32,000 nucleotides of DNA. Source: Mycobacterium leprae TN (lineage in GTDB: Bacteria > Actinomycetota > Actinomycetes > Mycobacteriales > Mycobacteriaceae). The stretch covers positions 2,580,001 through 2,612,000 of the forward strand of contig NC_002677.1 in NCBI RefSeq assembly GCF_000195855.1, written 5' to 3'. Under the pieces are notes generated by a model. The model did no database searches. It saw nothing but the letters and a program-made list of their open reading frames with translations, and had not been told where the DNA came from. The translations under genes and the position numbers were made by a program. Positions 10,069 to 20,239 of the stretch are shown here, piece after piece; position 1 is the stretch's first letter; each line of letters opens with the position of its first letter.

Positions 10069-10771
10069 CCCGTTGCTCGCACCTAGTCAGGCAGCGTTGC
10101 GATGTTTCGGAACGTAGCCAACCGCTGCACGAACTTGCGCGATGCTCAGCCCGTAATCGGCTGCGAAGTCTTCTTCTCACTCGCCAACATGACCATCCCA
10201 GCAACGTTTCGACTGCGACGCGGCTCCTGGCAAATGTCAACTGCCCACTGTAACTACCATGGGTTGACCAGGATGCCAGGAATTCGTCATCGACAGCCAA
10301 TTCGACCACGTATGTTTCGCCACGCTCGTCCGCGCCCAACTGATCGCGCTTAACCACCGTCTAGCCCTCGCTGATAAATAGCTGGCCGATACGCACAATC
10401 ATGTCCGTTTAGTCAAGACCCACCTCAACTCCGCCGATTGTCGGCTCACGATTCTGCGCCGACAGGGAGGGGCGAAGGTGCGCCAAGGTCAGGTCGATGC
10501 GGTAAGTCACCCAAAGCGCTTTGACTGCGGTCCGAAACCACCGTGTCGGGATTTCTTCCTGTAATTCAGCTCGCACCCGAACTCGACAAACTCGCCCCAC
10601 ATTACCCACTCTGTAATGCGAGAAGCGGCTCAAAGGAGCGAATCGTACCGCTTTGCCGCGGCGTCCGTACCCGTTTATCCAGCGCCACGCCGTCCCGCCA
10701 CGCATCCCAATAATCCAGTCCACTTCCGAATAGAACATAGACAGAACTGGCATGTCAATAACATGGCACAT
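10055..10771 (-). pseudogene. HTH + DUF433 antitoxin-like gene remnant (VapB45-like architecture)
   Basis: ORF 10409-10771 carries an N-terminal HTH-like FYSEVDWIIGMRGGTAWRWINGYGRRGK. Downstream, FARSRVAVETLLGWS (frame of ORF 10055-10357) changes frame to GE*EEDFAADYGLSIAQVRAAVGYV. This is the DUF433 pattern GTRi.V..ll.....Ges.eei..dY.Ls..qv.aAl.Y, interrupted by a stop and a frameshift. The total span of about 717 nt fits a protein of about 239 aa. Confidence 0.45.
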
Positions 10772-12799
10772 GAATACCTTCCGTCACCGACACTATGTCT
10801 TCATGGCTATTTGCATACATGATCACCTCACCCGTCCTTGAATGATCGACTAGAAAGACACGGCACCGAAAAAAACTAGCGAGTGTAGTAGTTAACCTAA
10901 ACTAACCCGATATTAGGTCGACTCCATCGCAGGCGTGTGAATGGGTGCCATAATCGAAAGCGTCCAGAATGCACGCGGCGAACGCAGGATTCATGGCTAC
11001 TTGAATCGAACCTCTTCTCTTGTCCTCCAACCCATCTTTCCTTGCTTGCACTGCCGTCAACATCCTGAATGGATTACTTGCGTGCGACCCTAAACGCTTG
11101 GTGATCTACTTCACCAAACACTCGTCACCGAATTGATCGGGTAACAAGGAGTACTAACGCATCGTCTTCAACGCCTGGCGCAAGCTGGGGCACCGACCAA
11201 AGTTATTTTGGCGGTATTCCTGGACTTCAATGAATAACTATAGTCGTAACAATCGTTCGGGATACGTCATTTTTCGATTTGAAATAATAGTTTTTTGCTG
11301 CCCAGTTTCTCGTATTGCCACTCCTGATAAAGACAACGCAAGATCGGTCGAACGACTTAAAAAATTCTATCGTCCTTATATGTCTGCACTTCGGCGCAGT
11401 ATGCATAGTAATCATCACATTGCCGACCTGATTGATCGGTTGCTTCCCACCGATAAAACCGGGTGATATATTTCCGCACCCAGTCCACATCAACACCGTT
11501 AAGGCACATACACCTATCATCCGGAAAACAACCTACACTATCAGAACAAAACTACCCTTGAACGCCTAAACTTGTCCGAAAAAGTGTTAAGTAATTAGGC
11601 CATGACATCACTCTGGGACTTCAATTCCTGAATTTATTTAGGAGCAATAGAATTGCTAAACTTGATCTCAAACACCTCAAAGAGATCCATACCGCTGTTG
11701 AGGTGTGGAATTGAATACGGGTCGTTCGGCATTACGGAATTAGGCGAGTACAGACTCATGCTGACACCCGTACTGCCGCCTTTGCCCATATCGGCCGTCA
11801 TGACCGAGGACCGAAAAGACCACACAAAACGGCAGGATTTAACCGAGCTGTATACGTATGACAAGACACACAGACCTTAGAAAACTATTAGTGTGAAGGG
11901 CTTTCCATCAACGTTCGATGGCCACTCAGAAACTGGAGAACTTTCTTATGTAGGTAGTTGGTACGGTCGTCGTGGTCGCGACTGTGCTCCTCGCTTGGAT
12001 ACTACGGTAACCAAATAATTACGAGTTCCACTTCTGCGCGCCCCGTCAGGTGGGCCCGGTGAATTCTCTGGAGCGTGACCTCGTGGCCGCGAGTCGCTAA
12101 GGATGACGGCTTGTTAAGCTAAGAGCGCATTACCCATAATTACATGCAGGACAAAGAAATCGACCAGACCATCTGTATTTATAAACATCTACTAGGAGTA
12201 AGAAGGTCCAAGAACTATTTACGCATTGCCGCCCACACCCGTATCGACCAGACGGTCGATGACCCATAAAAAGCGGCTTCCAAAACTCGTGATGCTGTCG
12301 GGGCGCATTCCGCCCAATCGACAATAGTTGTTCCCGGAACAATTTGTATGGAATTTTTTATGTGGGAACAACTGTCGACTGTGGAAATTGCTACATAGCC
12401 ATGCACTAGTGAAACGTCGGCAGACGAAATCAGCAGACGTGAGAACTGGTCGATACAGATTCGACCTGTCACTGGCCGTCACACTCTCACTGTTGGGTGC
12501 TTTGACGCAAGTAAAGATCAATTTTCTGGGGAATTACCAGCGGGTTAAGCCCATATATTAATTCGGGGACAGTGAACCAGCTTGTCATAGATATCAAGTA
12601 CGAAATCAAACGTCCATCGGCTCAGCCTTATTAAGCAAGGTCACGACGACAGAGGAAGAAGCAGCCTGGCTTCTAACCAAATTGGATGAACTGCTAGATG
12701 TCCGGGGCTGCGGAATGGCCTGTAAGGCACGCTCGCGTATGTCAAAAATATTTTGACCCATCGTTATATTGCTCATCGATAAATTGGCTAGGTTGACCA

Positions 12800-13345
12800 T
12801 CTACATGACGGATGAAGTCCTTAAAAAGCAAGTAACGGAATTGTTTTCACGCATATTGAACAAGAGAAGAAAAGTTCGGCATCGTGATCGCTGCATTCGC
12901 ACAAGACTCGCGCAAAGATGCCTTGCCCATGTGCGGATTGTTCACCCAGACCACGCTTTGCGGCTTCATTCACACGAGGAGGCCACGATAGTTTCTGCGT
13001 GGCGGCACGGCTGATCGCGCACCCGTGCATCGCATCAACCCAAGTGACCCTGGTAATGGATACATTATCGACAGAAACGAGTCAACGGTACATGCTGACT
13101 ACTGACCGTACTCGTTAACTCGTTCTACAAAAGAATAATACCTAATAGATACACTCGTCCTAGTCACGTGGGTCTAGTAAAGCGCTGAAGGTATCGACAT
13201 GGTAATTCCCTGCACCACAACCAAGGCAACCCTTTTTGCGCTGTTTCCATAGCTGTTGAGAACAAAGAGGTGGGCGAACTGCTGGGCTTCTCGGCTGCGA
13301 CTGTGAGTCGATGAGGAGCGTTCCATGAACACGGCGGAGACATGA
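12800..13345 (+). pseudogene. ECF-type sigma-70 factor pseudogene
   Basis: A region-2-like stretch RFAASFTRGGHDSFCVAARLIAHPCIAS (ORF 12918-3118) resembles F.g.s.fstWL.rIa.N.ciD. A region-4 HTH, NKEVGELLGFSAATVSR* (13261-13314), lies in another frame and is preceded by QRTLFALF*. The gene is short, frameshifted and AT-enriched. Confidence 0.4.
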
Positions 13346-13559
13346 GACTACCCTGCTACACGCTGTCAGATCGAGTAAGATGTTGAGAAACAAAGGAAAT
13401 CCGAGCATACTTGAAGTAGGTGCTCCGCTAAATGGTCGGCTCGGTATAGTGCGGCATCCGAAAGCGAAATCAATTCAGCCGGCCAACCGCGCTACACTAG
13501 TGCGCGATCCAGCCTTCTCGTCGAGATGGGTCTAAACGCCATCCGCCTGTGCCTTATTG

Positions 13560-14515
13560 CTATAAGCGTAAATTTTCAAAGCCGAGCGGAACAGTGAAGC
13601 GACACTTGGCACCAGGCGGTTCGACCCCCGACTGGGCTGCATCACACTCGCCTAAATCTGGACCCAAATACAGCGCGTCAAAACACCCAGCCGTGTCGCC
13701 CAAGACGTGGAGTGGTTACACCCAGCATTGGAAACTCCTAACCGACCGACAAAATCTGCCGCAAGGGCGTATAGCAATTCGTCGACACCCTCACTGTCGG
13801 CCCGTGAGCTAAATTCACCACGCTTCGGCTGCTGCGGTCGATTCTCGACATAGCCTGCTAAAATGGTCGGATTCACATAAACTCAGATCAGGACGTATCA
13901 GCCGAGTGGATGCGTCCTGAGAACGCCACCGCTACCTCACGGACGCCCAAGTGGCCACGCTCGCAGCGGCGTGTGGCGACCAAGGCAACGTCGTAACTAT
14001 CCTGACCTGTACCGAATTGTACTGGTCAGAACTCGTCGGCCTGAGCGTCGGCGACATCTACCTAACGGCGAGCAGGCTCAACGTCCGCCAAGCCGCGCCG
14101 GCAGTCAAAAGCCGGATCATAGTTGGCTCGCCAAAACGCGCGCAGCCGTCCGCACCGTCCCACTGCACGCCAATCGTTATCGATACCCTCAATCCACGCA
14201 TCGACAACCATGCACCTCAAGAACAAGTGGTCTACCTCACCCGACCGGCGGCTTTACTCAGATCAAGCAACTGACGCCGGAAACCAACTGCAACAAATTC
14301 CTCAAAAAACCCACTTGGCGCACCTGTGACCATCCACAACCTCATACCAGCCTGGCCCGAGTGTCCGGCGCCGACCTTACGCTACGTACAGAAGATCCAC
14401 ACCAACTGGCACCACCAATATCTACAGCGATCTCATACACCGACAAACTCGGCTGCGTAGCCACGAACCTCGACCGGACCTGGCTCCACATCTCCGCAGC
14501 AACCCAGGCGAACGG
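13560..14515 (+). pseudogene. phage-type tyrosine recombinase (integrase) pseudogene, adjacent to the 3' end of tRNA-Phe
   Basis: ORF 13951-14274 reads ATLAAACGDQGNVVTILTCTELYWSELVGLSVGDIYLTASRLNVRQAAPAVKSRIIVGSPKRAQP. The canonical integrase core is ll..TGLRwgEl.gLrvgDvdl...rl.V.ra..ev.g.l.vg.PKs...R. An upstream SAM-like-domain remnant reads VAQDVEWL..PTKSAARAY. Downstream is a degraded H-x-x-R box (TIHNLIP..) and then LGCVATNLD. There are multiple frame changes. Confidence 0.65.
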
Positions 14516-14580
14516 ATAGAAACCGGAGACACTGAAACGTCCATAGCTGCCATCACAGTGTCCGCACAGCTCAGAACCGG

Positions 14581-14654
14581 TAGCCAGGGGCGGGATCGAA
14601 CCGCCGACCTTCCGCTTTTCAGGCGGACGCTCATACCGACTGAGCTACCTGGCC
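14581..14654 (-). tRNA. tRNA-Phe (anticodon GAA)
   Basis: The reverse complement folds by hand into a cloverleaf: GGCCAGG-TA-GCTC AGTCGGTAT GAGC-G-TCCGC CTGAAAA GCGGA-AGGTC-GGCGG TTCGATC CCGCC-CCTGGCT-A. It is 74 nt and CCA is not encoded (the next bases are CCG). Position 1:72 reads as a G:U pair. Confidence 0.95.
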
Positions 14655-14685
14655 AGAAGGCAGCGTGTGTGCCTCGCTGCGCTAG

Positions 14686-14759
14686 CGACCCTGACGGGAC
14701 TCGAACCCGCGACCTCCGCCGTGACAGGGCGGCGCGCTAACCAACTGCGCCACAGGGCC
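14686..14759 (-). tRNA. tRNA-Asp (anticodon GUC)
   Basis: The reverse complement is GGCCCTG-TG-GCGC AGTTGGTTA GCGC-G-CCGCC CTGTCAC GGCGG-AGGTC-GCGGG TTCGAGT CCCGT-CAGGGTC-G. It is 74 nt with no encoded CCA. Confidence 0.95.
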
Positions 14760-14789
14760 TTGCTTGTGCTCCACGTCACCGCGTAGCAG

Positions 14790-14862
14790 TACCCCCTACG
14801 GGATTCGAACCCGCGCTACCGCCTTGAAAGGGCGGCGTCCTAGGCCACTAGACGAAGGGGGC
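14790..14862 (-). tRNA. tRNA-Glu (anticodon UUC)
   Basis: The reverse complement is GCCCCCT-TC-GTCT AGTGGCCTA GGAC-G-CCGCC CTTTCAA GGCGG-TAGC-GCGGG TTCGAAT CCCGT-AGGGGGT-A. It is 73 nt with no encoded CCA. The layout parallels E. coli tRNA-Glu. Confidence 0.93.
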
Positions 14863-14985
14863 CAGAACCGCATCTCTCCGGGGTACTCACAACGCAGTTA
14901 CCGTTGGAGCCCAGTCAGCTTAGGTCACCGTGGGCCCAATCCTCAAACGAGCTCAGTTCCCGAGACCGGTATCCTAAATATCCAC

Positions 14986-15058
14986 GCCCCTATAGCTCAG
15001 TTGGTAGAGCTACGGACTTTTAATCCGCAGGTCCTAGGTTCGAGTCCTAGTGGGGGCA
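14986..15058 (+). tRNA. tRNA-Lys (anticodon UUU)
   Basis: The sequence is GCCCCTA-TA-GCTC AGTTGGTA GAGC-T-ACGGA CTTTTAA TCCGC-AGGTC-CTAGG TTCGAGT CCTAG-TGGGGGC-A. It is 73 nt and divergent from the Glu/Asp/Phe genes. A TAAATA -10-like hexamer lies at 14975-14980. Confidence 0.95.
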
Positions 15059-15696
15059 CTGATCCCCCTGCTATCATTACGTTATCCGATGTTGGCGCCT
15101 TCGACGATAGCGCCGTGCAGCAACTCGTTTGCCAATGGTCTACCGGGGTGGTGCCGGACTTACTGGCACGGCGCGCGGCTAAACGACGTGTTACCGCCAT
15201 ATCGTTGGTTATGCTTTCCTGAATAAGTGGCGATGGAGTCAACCTTAACCAGGCCCGTTGCCCTGGTCACACTGGAAATCCGTCACCCGGCAACTGATTC
15301 CCGAACCGAATCATCCGGCTAGGAGCTGCAACACCGGTTTGCCATCAGTTGCCAATCAAACGTCAGACTCAAAACGTGGCTTGCAAGATGGTGGCTCTGG
15401 CACAGCACCGATGCCACCCGCGAAACGCAGCGAGGCAAATCACTCATTCTCCGTTACGGCCCAGGAATATCGGTCAGGCGGTCGATTCTAATTCCCATCT
15501 GCACCGGGTCATAGGGCCCAAACCTAGACCATTTTTCCTAACGGATATCGACCCCAGCTTCTGGACACGCAACAAGCCTATTCCGAAGTACGACAGGGAT
15601 ATGCTGGCTACAATTATCACGATTTGTACACACCAGTTCGTGCAGTATTTCAGGACTTGCTCACCAATTACATGAAAAATAACCTTCTGCACCACT

Positions 15697-16600
15697 AGGC
15701 TTTCGCACGCTCCTGACGGTATCGCATAAACGGACGAGTACCGCTATAGATTATAGCAGCGAAGTCCTCGGCGATGGCGTTTTCGGGATAGATCAAGCCA
15801 TTAGCCGCACGAAGGTCCTTGACCGTGCGTGGACGATGTCTGCCAACCGCGCTGGCTTAGATAGTCGACGATGTGACGGCGTTGACTATGGTGGGCAAGA
15901 TCGTTGAGATCGACTTTGAAGCCCAATTCACTCATCCGAGGATGAGTGAATTGGGCTACCGCTCGTTCATGAACGATAGCAATGGCGGGCACGAACGCAA
16001 AAGCCAGCCAACTGCCGGGACACTCAAAGCGGCGATGTTATCGAACAGGGCATCCTGGGCCACGTCCGGCAAGTAGACCAGCAACCCTTCGGTACTCTCC
16101 ACGCCGTAACAGCCTGCGAGCCGAATCCCGCCGTCTTCAGCGCCGCAGTCCAGTCATCGCGCAAGTCGACCGCGACCATTGCGCCACTCGGCGGTTCGGC
16201 TCGGCGCCTAGATCACTCAATGTCACTGTCTTGAATTCGTCACCTTCGGTATGTGACCCTCGTAGACCACGGTACCCGCCGGCGACGTTAACCGATAGTT
16301 GCGCATTGAAACCTGCCACGAAAATCACTCCTGGCCGACGCCGCTCTTTGTCACATCAACAAAGTTATCATAGAACCTGGTGCGGTAAGCCATCCCCCGG
16401 GCCATTTGTTGCGGATTAAATCCGGAATTCTCGTCAACACAGAAATACGGCCGATGACCAGTCGCGTGTAGACGTCGAATCAAACAGCATGAACCAGCAG
16501 CGCAGCGTATGAGCTTTTCGTCAGAGACCAGCACTCGCTAAGCGGCAACCGTGGTCGCCGTCACCTCGACGCTCATCGCGAGATCTCAACGATCACGTTC
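15697..16600 (-). pseudogene. SAM-dependent methyltransferase pseudogene (mycobacterial LCMT-like family, Rv0830-like position)
   Basis: Minus-strand fragments read as follows:
- [12 protein letters not shown] (ORF 16325-16534)
- [47 protein letters not shown], which matches the family pattern v.LgAGlD.Ra.Rl.wp.gt.vFE.D.p.v.eFK...L..lGAeP
- [16 protein letters not shown]
- [26 protein letters not shown]
- [12 protein letters not shown]

The fragments lie in several frames with stops. Confidence 0.7.
15921..15956. repeat. perfect 36-bp palindrome (17-bp arms, 2-nt centre)
   Basis: Read directly: gcccaattcactcatcc (15921-15937), ga, ggatgagtgaattgggc (15940-15956). The second arm is the exact reverse complement of the first. 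Both strands therefore encode AQFTHPRMSELG, as seen in ORFs 15801-15992(-) and 15873-16076(+). Confidence 0.97.
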
Positions 16601-16730
16601 GGTACGAGACAAAACGCTACCATACCTAACCACAAACACATGCAGAAATAAATGTTCAAGAATGGATATAGTTTATTCTATTTACTGTCGCAAGACCAAT
16701 TCCCCACACTTTGGCGACAGCACTACTATA

Positions 16731-16748
16731 CTGTATATATATATACAG
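16731..16748. repeat. short (TA)6 tract inside an 18-bp perfect palindrome ctgtatatatatatacag
   Basis: Read directly. It sits in a stretch of roughly 35% G+C (16600-16790) between the methyltransferase and ArsR pseudogenes. Confidence 0.9.
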
Positions 16749-16769
16749 ATTATAGAATAGTATTAGGTA

Positions 16770-17130
16770 GTCGCGGTTGATTACCCGGTGATCAGGCCAG
16801 TTTAGTGATCGAATTGTTACCAATGTGGGCCGACACCACCCGGGTGCCAGTGTTGTAGTCGCTGACGAACCGTGAGATGTCCGTTAACGAACCCGCCGAA
16901 CATGTGGACAAGCCAACATCGTCGGTCTCCCAGCACCTGACGAAACTGCGGATGACACGTCTGGTGCGCACCCGCCGTACTGCACCACAATTTTCTACAA
17001 TCTGAAAAACGATCACGTACGCCAGTTGGTCATCGACGCCGTCTTTAACGCCGAACACGCCCAGGGATTACGCGTCATCACCGCGCCGAGGGTGGGTTGA
17101 AGCCAGCCCACGAATCCGCAACGCCACCCA
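16770..17130 (+). pseudogene. ArsR/SmtB-family metalloregulator pseudogene (KmtR/NmtR-like)
   Basis: The plus strand reads DQASLVIELLPMWADTTRVPVL*SLTNREMSVNEPAEHVDKPTSSVSQHLTKLRMTRLVRTRRTAPQFSTI*KTITYASWSSTPSLTPNT. This is the ArsR winged-helix signature (s.vSqHL.kLr.a.LV..rR.G....Y.L) with two in-frame stops. A His-rich tail HAHEHHHG follows. Confidence 0.65.
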
Positions 17131-17199
17131 CCCGCTAGGGCGGCGGATAACGAGATCACCAAGCAGCAAACTCACGACGCACCGCATGCGCATGAACAC

Positions 17200-18244
<1,045 letters not shown>

Positions 18245-18329
18245 CGTGATCTTTAGCGCTGGTAAACGGGCACGCGGCCGACGAATCTTGAGTCACTGAC
18301 GTGTTTCTGTAGATGTTGAGTCATTCTGA

Positions 18330-18879
18330 CTACACACGTTGTCGCTTTGAAACTCTAGGGAGTGGTGCGCAGTCCCATCAACGATGGGGCTGTTAGTCTG
18401 GCGTCGCACTGGAAAGTTGCCTAGCTGTACGTCGCGATAACTTGATCGCTGCCGGTACGCAATTACTCGGCAGCTACAGCGGATCGGTGCTGACCATCCA
18501 CGCGGTATCCCCAGAGCCGAGCTGACCAAAAGGTACTCCTCCGAACACTTCCTGACCGTGACGAAGACAAATTTTGTGCGTGTGGTTTACGACGACGTCT
18601 GCACGCGGGCCATGACAACCCTCGTCTCGGCGAAGACCCCTCAAGAAGACCGTCAAACCAATTTGTCGCGCTTTTGGTCGACAACCTGATGCGCTGGCAC
18701 GTGCTGCTTACTGGCACCTAACAGTCAAGCCCGTGCTGGCTAAGTCCGGCGCGGAATGGCTGCCCAACTTCATCGCGTTGCCGCAATACAAGTTATCCTG
18801 GATCAGCAGCGACCCTGTCTTACAAAAAATGGTCGCCGCCAGCTTGACCGGAGACCTCACCGGTCTGTTCACCACCTAG
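18330..18879 (+). pseudogene. TetR-family regulator pseudogene (upstream of desA1)
   Basis: The HTH region reads RDNLIAAGTQLLGSYSGSVLTIHAVSPEPS* and then shifts frame to RADQKVLLRTLPDRDEDKF. The TetR pattern is R..il.AA..l....G....Ti..va.eAGv.kg.lY.hFpdkdeL. A C-terminal open stretch ..LTVKPVLAKSGAEWLPNFIALPQYKLSWISSDPVLQKMVAASLTGDLTGLFTT ends at TAG 18877-18879. Confidence 0.45.
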
Positions 18880-19206
18880 TATCTGCGTATCTGCACGGAC
18901 TGCCGGGGGCCACACGCGAATAGTTCATCGACTACTGCACTGGGGATGCTGCTAAATACGGCTGCCACATGCGTACCCCGGACAAGCTGAAGGAAATCGA
19001 GCGATCGGTGCATTCCACGACGTGTGACTGGGGTTGCCCGGCAGGGAGCTACAAAGTTCCCTGCAGTCCTGTTTTCGAGGGTTACGCGAAGGATGAGCTG
19101 GCCAGCCGATGCGGCCGGTAACCCCACGACGTGGCATGCCGGAAGGGAACTTGATGCTACCGAGATACACAGATATGTTGACTGCAACCAATAGACACAG
19201 ATAACT

Positions 19207-19212
19207 GGAGGA
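19207..19212 (+). promoter_or_regulatory. Shine-Dalgarno sequence of desA1
   Basis: GGAGGA lies 3 nt upstream of ATG 19216 (ctGGAGGAgccATG). Confidence 0.6.
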
Positions 19213-19215
19213 GCC

Positions 19216-20232
19216 ATGTCAGCCGAGCTGACCGACCTACAGCTGCTGCACGAGCTCGAACCGGTCGTGGAGAAGTACATGAACCGTCATGAACGCCTAC
19301 ACAAGAACTGGAATCCGCACGACTATATCCCGTGGTCGGATGGCAAGAACTTCTACGCTCTCGGCGGTCAGGATTGGGACCCCGAGCAGAGCCAGCTCTC
19401 CGATGTCGCCCAAGTAGCGATGGTACAGAACCTGGTCACCGAGGACAACCTGCCGTCGTATCACCGAGAAATCGCGATGACCATGGGCATGGACGGTGCA
19501 TGGGGGCAGTGGGTCAACCGCTGGACAGCCGAGGAAAACCGGCACGGAATCGCGCTGCGCGACTATCTGGTGGTGACCCGCGCGGTCGATCCGGTGGAGC
19601 TAGAGAAACTACGCATCGAGGTAGTCAACCGGGGTTTCAGCCCGGGCCAGAATCACCAAGGCGGACTCTTCGCCGACACCCTGTTCGACTCGATCCTCTA
19701 CGTCACATTCCAGGAGCTGGCTACCCGCGTCTCGCACCGCAACACGGGTAAGGCCTGCAACGAGACGATCGCTGACCAGCTGCTCGCTAAAATATCGAGC
19801 GATGAAAACCTGCACATGATCTTCTACCGGGACGTCAGCGAAGCTGGCATAGAGCTCGCACCCAACCTTGCGATCAAGGCACTGCACAAGATCCTGCACA
19901 ACTTTAAGATGCCGGGATTCCTGGTTCCTGAGTTCCGGCGTAAGGCCGTGATAATTGCCGTCGGTGGCGTCTACGACATTCGGATCCACCTTGACGAGGT
20001 GGTCATGCCGGTGCTCAAAAAATGGCGGATCTTGGAGCGCGAAGACTTCAGCGGCGAGGGTACACGGTTGCGTGACGAAATCGGCGAGCATCTTACAGAG
20101 CTTGAGGCCGCGTGCGACAAGTTCGAAGTCTCCAAGCAGCGCTACATTGAACGCGAAGCCCGCCGGACTGAGAAAATCACCGCACGCAAGGTGCTATCTA
20201 CCGAAGGCACGCTGAGGATGAGTGGGCGGTAG
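19216..20232 (+). CDS. desA1: acyl-[ACP] desaturase, soluble diiron type (DesA1)
   Basis: Intact 338-aa ORF. The N-terminus MSAELTDLQLLHELEPVVEKY.. matches mycobacterial DesA1 as I recall it. The diiron E-x-x-H motifs are present (TAEENRHG and SSDENLHM). There is a strong SD and the codon bias is coding-like. Confidence 0.95.
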   Translation: MSAELTDLQLLHELEPVVEKYMNRHERLHKNWNPHDYIPWSDGKNFYALGGQDWDPEQSQLSDVAQVAMVQNLVTEDNLPSYHREIAMTMGMDGAWGQWVNRWTAEENRHGIALRDYLVVTRAVDPVELEKLRIEVVNRGFSPGQNHQGGLFADTLFDSILYVTFQELATRVSHRNTGKACNETIADQLLAKISSDENLHMIFYRDVSEAGIELAPNLAIKALHKILHNFKMPGFLVPEFRRKAVIIAVGGVYDIRIHLDEVVMPVLKKWRILEREDFSGEGTRLRDEIGEHLTELEAACDKFEVSKQRYIEREARRTEKITARKVLSTEGTLRMSGR

Positions 20233-20239
20233 TTGACCA

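Noticed and set aside
10995-11030. tggctacttgaatcgaacctc, considered as a possible att-like copy of a tRNA 3' end marking the far edge of the putative island
   Set aside because: Only atcgaacc is shared with the tRNA-Phe 3' end. The stems are not complementary, and the match is too short to distinguish from chance.
11597-11608. The 12-nt string aggccatgacat, whose reverse complement ATGTCATGGCCT matches the core of an RLEP PCR primer as I remember it
   Set aside because: The flanks do not match the remembered primer, I cannot reproduce the RLEP consensus from memory, and the local composition (AT-rich) differs from RLEP. It needs a real alignment before any claim.
14764-15222. 152-aa plus-strand ORF spanning the tRNA cluster, and the 182-aa ORF 13971-14519
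   Set aside because: The first reads straight through tRNA-Glu (antisense) and tRNA-Lys. The second is an out-of-frame reading of the integrase pseudogene and is Arg/Pro/Thr-rich. Neither is a plausible gene.
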